Source: Eledone cirrhosa
Lineage: Eukaryota
Reading direction: 5' to 3'
Assembly (NCBI GenBank): GCA_964016885.1
Contig: OZ024743.1
Location: 368,900,001 to 368,964,000, forward strand
DNA: 64,000 bases
Shown: piece after piece, positions 63,826 through 64,000 of the stretch
How positions within the stretch are numbered: position 1 is the first letter of the stretch
Layout: each line of letters begins with the position of its first letter
Notes under the pieces: generated by a model
What the model saw: only the letters and a program-made list of their open reading frames with translations
Databases searched by the model: none
What the model was told of the DNA's origin: nothing
Translations under genes and position numbers: made by a program

Positions 63826-63871
63826 ATTATTATTATTCATGTTGATGTATTATTATAAGTTTTCTGCTAAA

Positions 63872-64000
63872 AGATCATCTCTCACACCCATTGCAGAGAG
63901 TTTTGCAATAAGTCTTTTGTGAGGCACAGAATCAAAAGCTTTAGCAAAGTCAAGATAAACAAATCTACCCATGAGCTGCCATCAGTGATCTGGGGAATGT
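63872..64000 (-). mobile_element. Upstream continuation of the CR1-like RT; runs off the window
   Basis: Minus strand VYLDFAKAFDSVPHKRLIAKLSAMGVRD joins in frame to DLYNWLKSF at 61019 when the LTR element and one TSD are removed. Confidence 0.9.

Larger units (their letters stand above)
61020..63871 (+). mobile_element. Non-autonomous, internally deleted Gypsy-type LTR retrotransposon
   Basis: Direct-repeat LTRs 61020-61660 and 63045-63871 (TGTAG...CTAAA); PBS at 61662; PPT AGATAGGGGG at 63032-63041; TSD AGAT at 61016-61019 and 63872-63875. Confidence 0.9.

Noticed and set aside
61020-63871. Simple tandem segmental duplication
   Set aside because: TG start, PBS, PPT, TSD and the restored CR1 frame identify the repeats as LTRs.

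Overview
AT-rich eukaryotic DNA made almost entirely of transposon debris and simple repeats. The SINE/LINE inventory and microsatellite load resemble a cephalopod (octopus-like) genome; this is inference from recalled repeat motifs, not a database match. No host protein-coding gene, rRNA, true tRNA or CRISPR array is supportable. Contents: about 9 pieces of an L1/Tx1-type LINE with (ATT)n tails (clusters at 3-15 kb and 32.6-40.9 kb); many RTE LINE pieces with (GAT)n tails; CR1, I/Jockey-like and R4/Dong-like LINE relics; two or three tRNA-derived SINE families; Tc1/mariner, Tc2/pogo-like and hAT relics; 19-bp and 16-bp minisatellites; and an internally deleted Gypsy-type LTR element (tRNA-Trp PBS) inserted in a CR1 RT. 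Best leads: (1) in all three Tx1 copies that keep the ORF1-ORF2 junction, the ORF1 stop lies inside a 5' splice-site consensus, and a 53-67 nt GT-AG segment would, if spliced, fuse ORF1 to ORF2 in frame; (2) the Tx1 LINE and the young SINE share a 3' end and an ATT target, pile into each other's tails, and the SINE occupies the same site of an LTR three times; (3) a 2.7-kb minisatellite appears to have grown out of an RTE 3' UTR. Boundaries of old degenerate elements are approximate.
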